DNA of 64,000 nucleotides from Phaeosaccion multiseriatum (GCA_965112735.1 OZ218959.1:2790001-2854000); one strand, 5' to 3'; positions 1 through 26,815 are shown, counted from the first letter of the stretch. Notes: generated from the sequence alone by a model not told the origin. A program made the numbers and translations.

Positions 1-345
1 TCTGGGCAGATTCGACCACGTCCCCAGGCGAGACGGGCACTCCTAACGCCTGCTGCAGCTCCCAAGCCACTTGCACAGCTCGGAGGGAGTCCCCCCCGAG
101 CGCGTGGAAGGAGCTCTGGAGCAGCAACGCGGAGGGCAAGGCGCCATTTTCCGGTGCATCATCATCATCTTCTTCTCCTCCTTCTCCTCCTCCTCCTCCT
201 CCTCGAAAGAGTAGAGGCTGCAAAACTCCCAGGGCCCGCACAAGCGCTGCTTCGATCACCTTCTCTGTGTTGCCGCCATCAGTCTTCCTTAGCCCCAAGG
301 ATACGTCACCACTACGATCATCACCACCACCACCACTACCACCAC

Positions 346-383
<38 letters not shown>

Positions 384-1211
384 CCATTACCACCAGTGGC
401 AGTAGCAGCTGCGTTGCTACTATGCGTCCCCTCGCCTTGCCCCTCCTGCTCCCCCCTGCACCGCAGATACGTGTCGAGGAGGAAGCGCCGGTGCACCTTC
501 TGGGTGGCCGTCATTGGCAGCAGCTGTTTCCGTGGCTGTATGACCAACTGTTGTGGCTGAGGCTGCGTATCTGCAGCCCTCCTTTGGTTGTGGTGGTGGT
601 GTGTGTGCAGTGGGGCTCCTCCATACTCGACGAACAGGGAGGGCATTTGAGAGGGAGAGAGTGCCAGTGATCCCTGCTGCAGAGCTTGCCGGAGGTCTCG
701 TTCGCCACTCGGACTGAGCCGTTGCATAGTCCTGAAGTCGCGGCCCTCCTCGACATCACTATCGATCACCTCGACATCGATGACCTCACTTCTTCCAACC
801 TCCTCCTCCCTGCCTTCTTCCGCGGCACGACAAGCATGATGATGCTGCTGCTGCTCCTCCTCCTCCTCCTGCTGCTGCTGCCGCTGCTGCTGCTCCTGGA
901 GCTTGCCTTCCCACCGCCCTCTGGCCAGAATGCAAACCAGTCGTGCCTCTCTCTGCACCCACACCACACACACCGCCCCCGCCTCGATACCCGCACATTC
1001 ACAAATGGCGGCCTCCACGCCCTCGGGCACCACCTTCACTCCGCGCACCTTGACCGTGGTGTCTAGTCTTCCCCGCCAGTGCAAGATCCCACCTTGCCGT
1101 ACAACTACATCCCCTGTTCGAAAGCAGCGCTCCCCCTCCTCTCCCCCTCCTCCTGCTCCTGCTGAATCCGAACTCCTCGGCGGCAACTTGGTGAAAGCAG
1201 CAGTTGGTGAT

Positions 1212-1259
<48 letters not shown>

Positions 1260-3280
1260 CTAGTAGTAGTAGCAGCCACAGCGATCCTCCTCTCAGCCGT
1301 AGGTGAGTGGTGGTGGTCCTGGTGGTGGTACCCATGTTGGTAGTACCCATTCGCCAGGGGAGTGCCGAGCACCAACAGCTCTCCTGGACAACCATCCGGC
1401 AGCGCCTGGAGCTGGGCGTCCACCACAAGCAGGCGAGTGTTGCGGATCGGCCGCCCTATCGCGCCCACCAGCAGCAGCGACGATGGCGACGACAACGAGC
1501 CTGGACTGCCCCATCTTGGGTGTCCCTCCTCCTCCTCGTCGTCGTCGTCGTCGTCGTCGTTGTCCTGCCCTTGTCTTGCCTGCATGTCCCTTACCCCCCC
1601 CGTCGGCGGCGGCAGCAGCATGTCCTCCATTGTGGCGAAGGACACGTCTCCCGCTACCTCGGTTGACCCATATAAGTTCAAAAGCTGAGCGGCTGTCCTA
1701 TTCCTATTCGAGCACACTTGACTCGGTCCTTCTCCTTCCCCTCCTTCTTCTCCTCCTCCTGGTCCTCCTCCTCCTCTTGCTGCTGCTCCTCTCCCTCCTC
1801 CAGCTGCTGCTCGTTGAAACGCTCTCACGAGATGCAAAGGAAGCGGCTCTCCACTCACAAAGCAGTACCGAAGAGACGGCCAGCGCTCGCACAGTGGCGT
1901 GAGAACCGGCAGCACCGCCCCGAGAAGACTCGGAGTCAGGGTCACTCGAGTGGCACCATGCGCAGCTGCGGCAAGCAGAGTGCTCAGGGGGTTGGCCGAG
2001 CTGGAAGAGGAGGAAGAGGAGGGGAGCAAGACAGACCCAGATCCAGTGCTGCCCTTTCTTGGTGCCTGTGGCTGTAGGGGGAGAGATGGCACCAGATGTG
2101 CTGCTGCTGTTGGTGTTGCTGTGTCACCAACTGCTGCTGGTGGTGGTGCTGTTGAAGTGGCACCGCTGGATTGAGGCAGCAGGAGAGGCACGCCGGCCAG
2201 CAAGGCGCCAAGAATCTCCGCTATAGAGTCCACAAAGATGATGGGCACTCGCCTCACCACACACTCTCCGCCCCCCTCTCTCTTCCCTCCTCCTACTTCT
2301 TCTGCTTCTGCTGCTGCTTCTACTCTTGCCGCTCCTGCTGCTGGCTGTGACACCGCCGGTGGCCGCGCTGCTCCCGACCCTGCTCCTGACCCCAGGCTTG
2401 CTTGTGGGCCTTCTCTCGAGCTTGTACCAGTTGTGATAGCATCACCAACCTGCCCGGCGAAGGGAAATTGGTCCCACATCCACTGCAGCCGGTTCCGTGT
2501 CGCCTCTTGTGATCCTTGCACGAGCTTGGGCGAGCCTGTACTTCCCGAAGTGGGCATGAGGTACAGGACATCGCTGCAGAAGGGTCCTGACACCTGCGAC
2601 CCGTGGCACCTGTCGAGGTTCTCTTGGTGTATCACCAACTGCTGCTGCTGCTGTTGCTGGTGTTGGTGGCGCTGCTGCTGCTGGGGGTGGTGGTGGTGCG
2701 GGGGGAGTGGGAGCAGCAACGGGGAGCCTCGACTATCCACGACGACAACCGTGGCAACGAGAGCGAGCGTGCCAGAGAAGCCAGCCAGGACATTGGCCAC
2801 CATCGCTTGCTCACCCTCCGTCGTGATAATGACGGCCGGCATGACCCTCTCCAGCACGCCGCGCAGCACCTCCTCACTCCTCAACTTCGTACCGCTGCTG
2901 CTCGCCTCAAGGGGGAGGAAGATGGCGCCTGCTGCCATCGCGGCCAGTACAGCCACAATCTCCGCCTCACCGAACGGAGCCACGCAGATGCCCACCACAT
3001 GGCACCGGCACAGGCCGTGCTCGGCTTCCAAGAAGCGGCGGAGGTGCTGGACGCTCCGGTGCAGCTCGGCGAAGGAGGTCGAAGGGATCACCGCAGGGGC
3101 AGAGGGGCCTCGCCCTCTAGAGGGCGTGAGCCCCTCGCCCTGCTGCTGGGCGTGGAGCAAAGCAGGACCAGACACCGATGGTTGTTCTTTCTCCTCCCCC
3201 TCCTCTTGCGTAGTAGGGGGTGATGGAAAGGCTGTTCGAGGAGGGAACGCGTGCCTCTCGAACAAGGCGTAAAGCTCCAT
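1..3280 (-). CDS. NRPS-like adenylation + thiolation (PCP) protein, AASDH/ACSF4/AAE19-like; 5' part, continues beyond left edge
   Basis: Manual translation from ATG at 3280 (MELYALFERH...) keeps all motifs in one frame down to position 1. Motifs: A3 YLMPTSGSTGSPKLV, NRLQWMWDQFPF, A4-like FVDSIAEILGALLAG, VSGEPL, A5 LLNLYGSTE (~1684-1658), A6 GELLVLGTPLANGY, A7 FRTGD, A8 GRLDTTVKVRG, A10 LPMTATQKVHR, and the phosphopantetheine site FHALGGDSLRAVQ (~109-71). Absent from the ORF track, presumably because its stop lies outside the window. Confidence 0.9.
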
Positions 3281-3536
3281 CCCTGGCGTGTATCAGGCAT
3301 GGCTTGGTTTAAAGCACGCAACAATAAACAGGACGCCTCACAGATGAGCTTGAATTCTACCTCGATTACGTAAACTTACGTGAGTGTCGAGGCCCCCACC
3401 GCCCTTCAAATCGTCCTTGATTATACCGGGCTTGCTCCATCGGCAGCTGTAGAGGTTGCACCAGCAAGAGAGCAAGTAAACTGACCCTTGTGGTACTACA
3501 CTGTCTTCCTCGTTGTGTGCGGCGCTTCGGGCTGGC
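3281..3536. promoter_or_regulatory. Short divergent (bidirectional) promoter region between the NRPS-like gene and DBP5
   Basis: Head-to-head ATGs at 3280 (-) and 3537 (+), 256 bp apart; lower GC and no microsatellites. Positional inference only. Confidence 0.55.
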
Positions 3537-4130
3537 ATGTCTGAGTTAGTAGACAAGGCGGAGACAACGACGCCTGTAGCAGAGAGCAACACCGCTACGA
3601 AGAAGAAGAGCTGGGCTGACGATGATGACGAGGACGTGCCTGGAGAGTCGTCGCCCTCTACGCTGGAGCCCCCCAACGTGCCGTCAGAGGCGCCGATATC
3701 TACCGCCACCCCCGCAGTGGTAGCCAAGGCCACAGACACAGTGACAAGCGTTGGAGCGGGTGCGCTGGAGCAAAAAGAAGGCGCTAAGGCAGAGGCCGAG
3801 GCGGAGCAACCTCCTGTGGTGGCTGCTGCTGTTGCTTCTGTGGCTGCTGCTGCTGCACCAGCTACGCCGAAGGGAATTGATCCATATGCCGCCGAGTTTG
3901 TACCAGGTGGAGCTCCAGCAGCAGCAGAAGGAGCAGCAGCAACAGGGGAAGCAGGAGTAGCGGCAGGAGCTGCTCAGGAAGTTTCGCGTACGCTACAGGC
4001 CCGAGCGAGCCGTGTCGCACGGGAGGACAATGCGGATAGGGAAGCGGCCGCCTTTTTCACCAGGCTCAATCTGAGCACTGAGTCGGAGGATCAGAAGCAA
4101 GCGCGACTCAAAGTCATTCAGGTGTGGGAT

Positions 4131-4179
<49 letters not shown>

Positions 4180-7100
4180 TGTGTCTGTGTGTGTGTGTAT
4201 GTTGTGGTGTGTCTTGTCTGGTCCATTTTTTCTTCCTTTGCTCTCTCATTTTACTGGTCACCTCTGCCCTTCCTCTCCACCTCTTATGATCCGACGTGTC
4301 TGTCTCTCTGTCTCCTCCTTCATCTCTGTCGCCCCTCCCTCCCACTAATGGCAACCTGCCTCCTCACCTCACTCACACTCTAACCACACCCCATCCACAC
4401 CCGAACCACCCACCCCCCACCTCAGTCCAACCCGGACTCACACCTAAGCAGCGCCAAGACGTTCGAGGAGCTGCAACTGCACGCAGATCTCATGCGCGGC
4501 CTCGGCGCCATGAACATCGTCAAACCCTCTGCCATTCAGGAGCACGCCATGCCCCTCATGCTCAAGAACCCCCCGGAGAACCTAATCGCCCAAGCGCAAA
4601 GTGGTTCCGGCAAGACCATTGCCTTCTGCCTCGGGCTCTTGTCGCGCATAGACACGAGCCGCAACGTTGTGCAGGCTCTCATTGTGACGCCGACCAGGGA
4701 ACTAGCGGTGCAGTGCGTGGAGCAGACGCTGCTGCCCATGGCTCGCTTTGTGGAGCCCAAGCTAAAGGTTGCCATGGCGCTCAAGGGCACAATGCTGGAC
4801 AGGGGCACGCGCATTAGTGACCATGTTGTCGTGGGCACGCCGGGCAAGGTGGAGGCATGGCTCAAGGGGAGATATGTAAGTGCGTGAGTAGGGAGATACA
4901 TGAGTGTGGGAATGGGAGTGAGTGTTGGAGTGGGAGTGAAAGTATGTGTGGGTAGTGTGTGTGTGTGCATGCGTGTATGTGTGCCCAACTCCATCCCATT
5001 CTCTTCCTTAACTTGTATCCCGCTCGCTCAATGCAACTCAATGCAATGCAACAGATGGACATGTCGAATCTTCGCGTGTTTGTCTTGGACGAGGCCGATG
5101 AAATGCTGTCGTACCCATTCTCTTCCTTAACTTGTATCCCGCTCGCTCAATGCAACTCAATGCAATGCAACAGATGGACATGTCGAATCTTCGCGTGTTT
5201 GTCTTGGACGAGGCCGATGAAATGCTGTCGTACGGCGGATTCAGAGAGGATTGCGTCCGAATCAAAAAGTTTATCCGATGGTGAGTGAGTGAGTGAGTGC
5301 GTCAGGGAGGGAGGGAGGGAGTCAGTGAATGAGTTAGCGAGTGAGTTTGTGAGGGAGGGAAGGAGGGAGTGATTGATCTTGCTACCCACCCACCTACTTC
5401 CTCTACCTCCTCCTTCCCACCCGCCTACCCTCCTACTCCTCCTACCCCTTACCCACCCACCTACCTACCTCCTACTAGCAACCCATCAACCAACCAACCC
5501 CCTTGCTCCTCCCTCCCTCCCTCCCTCCCTCCCTCCCTCCCTTCCTCCCTTCCTCCTGCCCACCCACCCCACTCCCTCATGCACACCCATTCATACACCC
5601 CCCTCCCTTCCTCCTGTCTCCTACAGCCCCCACCAGAGCCTGTTGTTCTCCGCCACCTTCCCTTCTGAGGTGATTCACTTCTCCAAGAAGCTTGTCCCCA
5701 AGCCCCTGAATGAGATCACGCTCGCCAGTGACGAGGAGCTCGTGCTGCCCTTCATCTGCCAGGTGAGGGACTTGGTCATAAAGAGCGAAGGGGGGGGGGG
5801 GCAGGGAGGGATGGATGGAGGGAGCGAGGGAGGGAGGGAGGGAGGGAGCGAGTGAAGGAGGGAGGGAGGGAGCAAGGAGGGAGAGAGGGAGCGAGGGAGT
5901 GAAGGAGGGAGGGAGAGGGAGGGAGGGAGTGAAGGAGGGAGAGAGGGAGGGAGGGAGGGAGGGAGGGAGGGAGGGAGGGAGTGAAGGAGGGAGAGAGGGA
6001 GGGAGTGAGTGAGTGAGTGAGCGAGCGTTCGGAAGCTGATCAGTCCCCCCCCCCCCCGATGAGCCTGGATACTTATCGTGGGTCTTTTTGCACGTACTGA
6101 GTCCCTCTTCTCACCTTCCCACCCTCCCTCCCTCTCTCCCTCTCTCCCTTCCTCCCTTCCTTCCTCCCTCCCTCCTCCCCTCCCCTCCCAAGATCTGGGT
6201 GGATCTGCGTAACCAGGGGCCCGACGCACGCATCGGACTTCTCGGCGATCTCTACGAGATCATGGAGCTCGGACAGTCAATCGTCTTCTGTAAGACTCGC
6301 AATGAGGTAAGATAAGAGTAAGAGTAAGAGTTTGACTTTTGAGTTCGCGCCCGGCCGTGTGAGTTTCAATTGACTTTTAACTTGTGCAGGACCAGAAAAG
6401 AAGCATCGGGTATCGACTGTGGGGTCGATGTTGCGATTCAGGAAGGTCTAATGAAGTGCAACTGCAATTGCCACTGCCACAGGTACGGGCTGTCGCGGCG
6501 CGGCTCAACGAGAACGGTTACGACTGCTCAGAGATGCACGGACAGGTGGAGGGGGCGGATAGGGACAAGGCCATGCAGGCCTTCCGGGAAGGAGTCACCA
6601 AGGTGGGTGGGTGGGTGGGTGTAGAGCGTACTCGTTCAGCACTTTGTCGATGGAGCTTTGTCGTGATCGATCGAGGCTTCCCCACAAGCTTCGGTCTGCA
6701 TGACACCCTCCCTCCCTCCCTCCCTCCCCCCCACCACCGTCAGGTGCTCATTACTAGCAACGTGCTTGCAAGGGGCGTGGACGTGCCAGCTGTGAGCCTC
6801 GTTGTGAACTTCGACATGCCTGTGGACGTTACATACGCTCCGTAAGTACACATACTGTATCACCAACTTGTATACTACTACAACCACTCCTCTGCTGCTC
6901 CGCTGCTCTGCTGCTCTGCTGCTGGTGCTGCTGCAGCTGCTGCGTCCCTGTCCCCTGTCCTCTGTCCCTGCTGCCGTACCACCAACTGCTGCACCACATG
7001 ACCCATATGACCCCATGTCTCATCTCACCGCAGCGACACGGAGACGTACCTGCACCGCATCGGCCGCACCGGGCGCTTCGGTCGCAAGGGAGTGGCCATC

Positions 7101-7534
7101 AACTTCGTACACGACAATGCAGCCATGAGTGTGGTGGAGGCCTTGGAGCGACACTTCTCACCCAATAAGCCCATGATGAGGAGAGCAGAGGCAGACCTTG
7201 ACGCCATAGAAGACATCATCAAGGTTAGCCTGGGTCGTGGTGGGGGGGTGCCCAAGGTTGGGTGGGTTAGGTTTTGGGGGGGGGGGGCGCAAGGGATGAA
7301 GGGACGAGAGGTAGGAGGGGTGGGACGGATGGGAGGGGGGGGGGAGAGAGCAGGGGAGGGGGGAGGGAGAGCAGGGGAGTGGGGGGGAGAGCAGGGCAGA
7401 GGGAGGGAGAGCACAGGAGGGGGGTGGGGGGCAGGGGAGGGGGAGGGGGAGAGCAGAGGAGGGGGGGGGAGTGTGGATGATGGAGATAGGTTGATGGATG
7501 AATGGATTGGCTCCTGTGCTGTGCTCCGCAGTGA
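3537..7534 (+). CDS. DBP5: DEAD-box RNA helicase DBP5/DDX19 (mRNA export), spliced
   Basis: Exons approx 3537-4121, 4426-4875, 5174-5280, 5627-5762, 6193-6306, 6483-6602, 6744-6841, 7034-7223; terminal stop uncertain (possibly TGA 7532-7534 after a last intron). Motifs: SWAD, SAKTFEEL, KPSAIQEHAMPLMLKNPPENLIAQAQSGSGKT, PTRELA, GTPG, DEAD, SAT, QSIVFC, ARGVD, YLHRIGRTGRFGRKGVAINF. Confidence 0.93.
4996..5233 (+). repeat. Exact 119-bp tandem duplication spanning a 3' splice site and the DEAD-motif coding segment
   Basis: ccattctcttcc...gcaacag-ATGGACATG...GACGAGGCCGAT...ctgtcgtac occurs at 4996-5114 and again at 5115-5233. Confidence 0.95.
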
Positions 7535-8129
7535 AGCGTGAAGCAGTCCATGTGGAATGCTTGTCTTTGTTCTTTCGTCCTGTTCGTTCCTTCATCGCCG
7601 CTTAGCTAGTACGGTTGTCTCATGTATGATGATGCGACCACGTTTTGTCCCGTTGTGCTGCCACCCCCCCCCCCTCTGTTTGTCAGGAAACGCTTGGAGA
7701 CGGCAGTTAGAAGTTTTTGGGATTCTAGTGAATACAAATGCAAAGTTGCCCTCCTGTCGTTTGCCTCTCTGCCTGAGTGCTGCGATGAGCGATTATTATT
7801 CAAGTGATCGCTTGTCTGTAGAAAAATATGTCAAGATCACAGGTGGCAGAGGAAAAGGTCAAGTTCCAAGCTGACATTACTTTTAGACAACCATAGATGG
7901 CACTTAAGGGTGTAATATCGAGCTGAAAACCTTCTTCTGCTTGTAACAGGCAAACCGTAGAGAGTAGGATCATGTCGCACGTGGAGCAGTGACCGACGTC
8001 CGCACAAGCTCTTTAGATAGACAGCATCTTGTGCCAGTAGCCCCACAAGCCGAAGCCGCAGGAGCAAAACCCTCTCGACGTTACAGAACTTCTCCTCTGT
8101 CTCTATGGTGATAAGACGTTGCTGCTGCA

Positions 8130-21771
<13,642 letters not shown>

Positions 21772-22519
21772 AGGAGTAGGAGTAGCTTCACGGAGGAAGA
21801 TGGATGCAGATAGCCACGGCGGGCTGGAAGCGGGGTGGACGTGCTGGTGTTGGTGGGCCTGTTGGTGGTCGACAGCGTCGCCGCGAAGTGATACCTCCCC
21901 CCCCCCCCCTCCACTACGTGCTGCCTGCTCCCATGTTACATCCTCCTTGCGAGGCAGCCTTTGCAGTCAGGACAGGCCGGCCACTGCCAGGCACGCTATT
22001 TGTCTTTTGCCATTTTGCCAAAAGAATTACTTCGTAGTACTACGAAGTATGTATTATTATTATCACATATCGTACATTAGGTTAAGTAGTTTCTTCTATG
22101 AAGCTGATGATCGGCTCCAGTTTGCGCTTGTCGAAGCCTTCTCCGTCCCCACCCCCCCACTCGCGCCTTTCGTCCCTCGCCTTGGGCTGATTGGCTGGCT
22201 GATTCACTGGCTGGCTCGCGCCGGCACTAAGAAAAAAGCCTGTCTTCTTTATCTTTTGTTCTTCGCCTCTGCATTCAGAAGGGCTGAACTTGAAGCGTGT
22301 TAATTGTTCCTGTGATTGATTCTTCGGTCGGTCGGTTGGTCGGTCGGTCGGTAGAGGGAGAAGAGAGAGAGCAGCAGACCCCGAGCAAACCGTGTGGAGA
22401 TTGGGGAACGTTCCGTGTGCTACTCCTCCTTCGCCTCCTCCCTCCGCGCCTTTATATGCTCCGCCTTTTCAACTCACCTCCCCCCACCCCCACCCCCCAA
22501 CCAGCAGCAGCAGCAGCAG

Positions 22520-24314
22520 TCACCCTGCCACCGCTGCTACCGCTTCGCCTCCTTCGGCTGCCGCCGCTGCACCCTCTTCTGTAACCGTCTCGGGTACCTT
22601 GTTCGGTGGCTCCGGCGACGCCCCCACCTTGTTGAGCATGGAGATGGTCATGATGGTGGCGCGGAACTTTCTCCGAGCGTTATAGGCGCTCATCTGAGTG
22701 CCGAAGTGCGTCAGTTCGACATCCGACTCTGACTTCATCCAGGGGTGGGCCAGCACGTCCTGGGTGAGGTTGGGGAATAGGTGGATGGGGGGTAGGTGGG
22801 GGTGATTGGGTCGAGCTCATTTGGTCTGACTATAAGGGAGGGAGCACAAAGCCAGGGAGGGCGGGAGCGAGCATGTATTCCTTCATCTATGCCTCCCTCC
22901 CCCCCCTCCCCGCTTTTGTCCCCTTCGCGGACCGATGTGCGGACCGATATGCCTCTAGTCTCTCCCTCCCCTCCCCCACCACACCCACCCCACACCACTC
23001 ACTCACTCACTCACTCACTCACTCACTCACTCACTCACTCACTCACTCACTCACTCACTCACTCACTCACTCACTCACTCACTCACTCACTCACTCACTC
23101 ACTCACTCACTCACTCACTCACTCACTCACTCACTCACTCACTCACTCACTCACTCACTCACTCACCACTCACTCACTCACTCCCTCCCTCCCTCACTCC
23201 ACTCACTCACTCACTCACTCGCTCACCGACCCCTCACTCACTCAATCATTCACTCACACATTCACGCACTCCACTCCACTCCCTCCTTCCCTCCCTCCCT
23301 CCTTCCCTCTCTCCCTCACTCACTCACTCACTCACTCACTCACTCACTCACTCACTCACTCACTCACTCATTCCCTCACCTCCGCCTTGAACCTCTTCTT
23401 AGGGTCCAGCACGAGCAGGCTATCGATGAGGTCCCTCGCCCCTGCCGACACGTTATCCCAGAACGGAGACGGATACTCGTACTTTCCCGTCTTGATGGCC
23501 CGGAACAGCGCCTGATTCGACTCGTCGTAGAAGGGTGGGAACCCACACAGCAAAATGTAGCTGATCACCCCTATGCTCCACATGTCCACCTCCTTGCCAT
23601 ACCCCTTGCCTGTAAGTATCTCGGGGGCCACATACCCCGGAGTACCGCAGGCCGTCTTCATCATTGCATCGTCCGACAAGAGCTGTGCGAGACCAAAGTC
23701 CGCAATCTTGATGAACATGTTGTCGGGCTCATGCGAGCTGTACAAAAGATTCTCCGGTTTTAGGTCCCGGTGGACAATATTTTGGCTGTGACAGTACTGA
23801 ATGCCCACCGCAATGCTTTCAATACACCTGCGGGCCTCCTTCTCGCTGTAGTGGGCCTTGCTAACTATGCTGTCGAAGAGCTCTCCCCCTGTGCACAGCT
23901 CCATCACCATATAAAAGTTTTGTTGTCCGTCAAACACGTCTTCGAGCTTGACGATATTTGGGTGGTCTATCCGCTGTTGAGTGAGGGGCGGAGGTGGGGG
24001 AGAGAGGCGGGGGGAGGGAGGAGCACTTAGACAGATGTGCGGCAGAAAGTCCGCGCGGCGGTGCTGTGGCAACCATATTCCGCCCCTTCCGTTGCGAACA
24101 AGAGCAGCAAGACGAGAGCAACCTTCGCGGCACGGAGGGTTTCTCTCTTTCTCTCTCCCACTCTCTCTCTCTCACACACACACTCTCTCTATCATCTATC
24201 TCCATCTCCCACCCTCTCTCTCTCTTTCTCTCTCCCACACCCTCTCTCTCAATCTCTCTCTTTCTCTCCCTCTCTCTCTCTCTTTCTCTCCCTCTCTCTC
24301 AATCTCTCTCTCTT

Positions 24315-24364
<50 letters not shown>

Positions 24365-24611
24365 CTCTCTCTCTCTCTCTCTGCTTATCCGAAGGCCCTG
24401 CACCCACACCCACCTGCAGAATGTCCACCTCCGCTTGCAGCGCCTCTTCGTCCTCCGCCGTCAGCGAAGCCTTCTTGATCACCTTCACTGCCCATTTTGA
24501 CTGGTCCGTCTTCCTTGACGCTAGCTTCACAGTCGCAAAGGAACCCTGCCCTAAGGTGCGCGTGAGATTATAATGCTTCTGGCAAGGGTCCTTCTTCAGG
24601 AACCTCACCAT
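22520..24611 (-). CDS. CaMK1-like Ser/Thr protein kinase, 3 exons
   Basis: Exons 24611-24414, 23973-23380, 22759-22520 with GT-AG introns. Motifs: LGQGSFATV, AVKVI, HPNIV, HRDLKPENLL, DFG, CGTPGYVAPE, DMWSIGVISYILLCGFPPF, HPW, and a CaM-binding-like YNARRKFRATI. Confidence 0.95.
22996..23370 (+). repeat. (CACT)n / (GTGA)n tetranucleotide array in kinase intron 2
   Basis: Directly visible; reads (GTGA)n on the transcribed strand. Confidence 0.9.
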
Positions 24612-25266
24612 GTTCCCCTACTCACACGGCTGCAAATGCCGTCCTTTCTTGTCAACGATGTAGATGAGCAGGCAGCAGCGAGCTGCTACCGCTCCTGACC
24701 TATGTTGTACCGATGTTGCCCCTTCCCCCCCCCCCCGCGCCCTGTGTCAAATTGCTTGCTCCGGCTCCCCCCCCCTCCTTTTCCTCCCCCCTTCTCGTTA
24801 CTTTCCAAATGCTCAAGCTTCTCTTCCCACTCCTTAGCTCTCCCCTGTATGCACGACTTTTAAGCGAAGATCAGAGCAGCAGAGGCTTGTTGTTGCTGTT
24901 TTCAGACGCTGAAAAAGAGGGGAGAATAAGTGAGAAGAGCGAACGTTACATGATAAAATTTAAACTGACAACTGTCATGGCCCCTCTCCCTCTGGCGTGT
25001 TCTGGCGAGCTCCGACGAGTTGCCCCCCTCAGGGGCTGAAACTGTCGAAACTGCCCCCTGCGAAGGCCCCGCAAGCGCCCACACAAAACACAAAACACAC
25101 GCAGAAACAGCAACCATACCCCCAAAAATTATGCGCATGCGTAGTTTGCGTTTACGCTCGGCTCCCCGCCTCCCTCGGCCCGCATGACCAACATACATGA
25201 AACCCGAGAGAGAGGGATCGGGTCGGGGTGCGCTCGCCATATGACTCTCGTGTCGTGGGCAGATAC

Positions 25267-25307
<41 letters not shown>

Positions 25308-25823
25308 TCCCCTTCCTTGTCGGGCAAGAAGCCCTAGCTCCTCTCCCCACTCCTCGGATCCTCAGGACAGACCACAGAAGAAGCCACCCACTCGCTCATG
25401 GGTGGCTCGGGAAGCGGATGTATGCCCCCGCCCCCCCCCCCATTTCGATCTCGAATTTGAGGAGGGGTCTGCTGCATGTACAAAATGCGTGCTCCTCCAA
25501 AGCGTCTCCTTTACGTGTTGATGGTACGCGTATGCGTCTCGCTGCATCCCCCCCCCTCCCCCCCCCCTCCTCCTCCGGTCTTGCCTCAAACTCCGCTTAG
25601 GGCGTTTGATGCGCATTCCATCCCCGTACAAGGTATCCTCCTGCCGTTCGGGAGAAACGTCCTCTGGCTACTCCTCCTCCTCCTCCTCTCGCTGCTACTG
25701 CTCGTCGTCGTCCTCCTCCTCCTCCTCCTCCTCCTCCTCCTAATCCTCCTCCTCTTCCTCTTTCTTCTCCTCTTCCTCTTCCTCCTCCTCCTCCTCCTCC
25801 TCTTCCTCCCCCTACTCCTCTTC

Positions 25824-25865
<42 letters not shown>

Positions 25866-26815
25866 CTCCTCCTCCCCCTCCTCCTCCTCCTCCTCCTCCT
25901 CCTCCCCGTGCTGCTCTTGCACCTTCCCCTCATCCTCCTCCCCCACCACACCAACCGCGACGCATGCGCTCTTTCCCCTCGCCGAGTCTCTTGTCTCCTT
26001 CCCCATCGCGGTTTTGGACTCAGCCCTCCGTCCCACAACAACCCGGCCAGCGCCCAGCCAGTCAGAAACACTCGCCTCCCCCCTCGGAGATCCCAGACCC
26101 CTCGGGAGATCAGTATCCACCGGCAGAACGGCGTCCGAACGGCGCTCCTTTGCCCTTCTTTCCTCCCCTTCCTCCTCCTGTTGCAAAAAAAGTTACTACT
26201 ACCGTGAAGTATTTTCTAAAAAAGGTTCACACAAAAACCCATCCCAACACGCAAAAGAATTGAATGTGCCCTCACAAAACTGCGGAAGGCAAGGGGTGGT
26301 ATGAGTCCTTCAACCCACCCCATTATACCTCACCGCCCCCCCCCCAAACACACAGGCAATGCCTGTGCACCACTGGCCACAAACAAGATATTATCGCATA
26401 TGTTAGACAGACAGACAGACAGTCACCCCCTCCTCTCCCTCCCTCCTCTCCCTGTGCTGCCGCCCTCCCTCGTGTTCTCCTGATGTGCTCTAAATGCGTC
26501 CGACATTTGAGGCACACAGAGAGAGAAATCGAGGGAAGGGGCGATCGAGGTGCGTGTCTTGTGTATACGAAGGTGGCACATCGGCGGCACCGAGAGACGA
26601 GACCCTCGAAGAGCGAAGAGCCAGTCGACCCCCCTCCCCCTCCTCCTCCTCCTCCCCCTCCTCCTCCTGCTCCTCCTGCTCCTCCTCGTCGTGTGGAGTA
26701 TGTGCGTGGCAATATCAACGGTTCCTTCCCACGTGCTGGCACATGTGCGACCCCCCCACCCTCCTGAAGTCGTTTGTACTGAGAGCGCCTTGCCTTGATT
26801 CGTCGGTTGCTGCCC

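Noticed and set aside
154-3272. Plus-strand ORFs such as 2238..3272 (344 aa)
   Set aside because: Antisense shadows of the minus-strand NRPS-like gene, which holds all the conserved motifs.
25362-26186. TAG codon reassignment
   Set aside because: TAG ends the IMPDH-like gene at its conserved C-terminus, and I saw no in-frame TAG in conserved domains.
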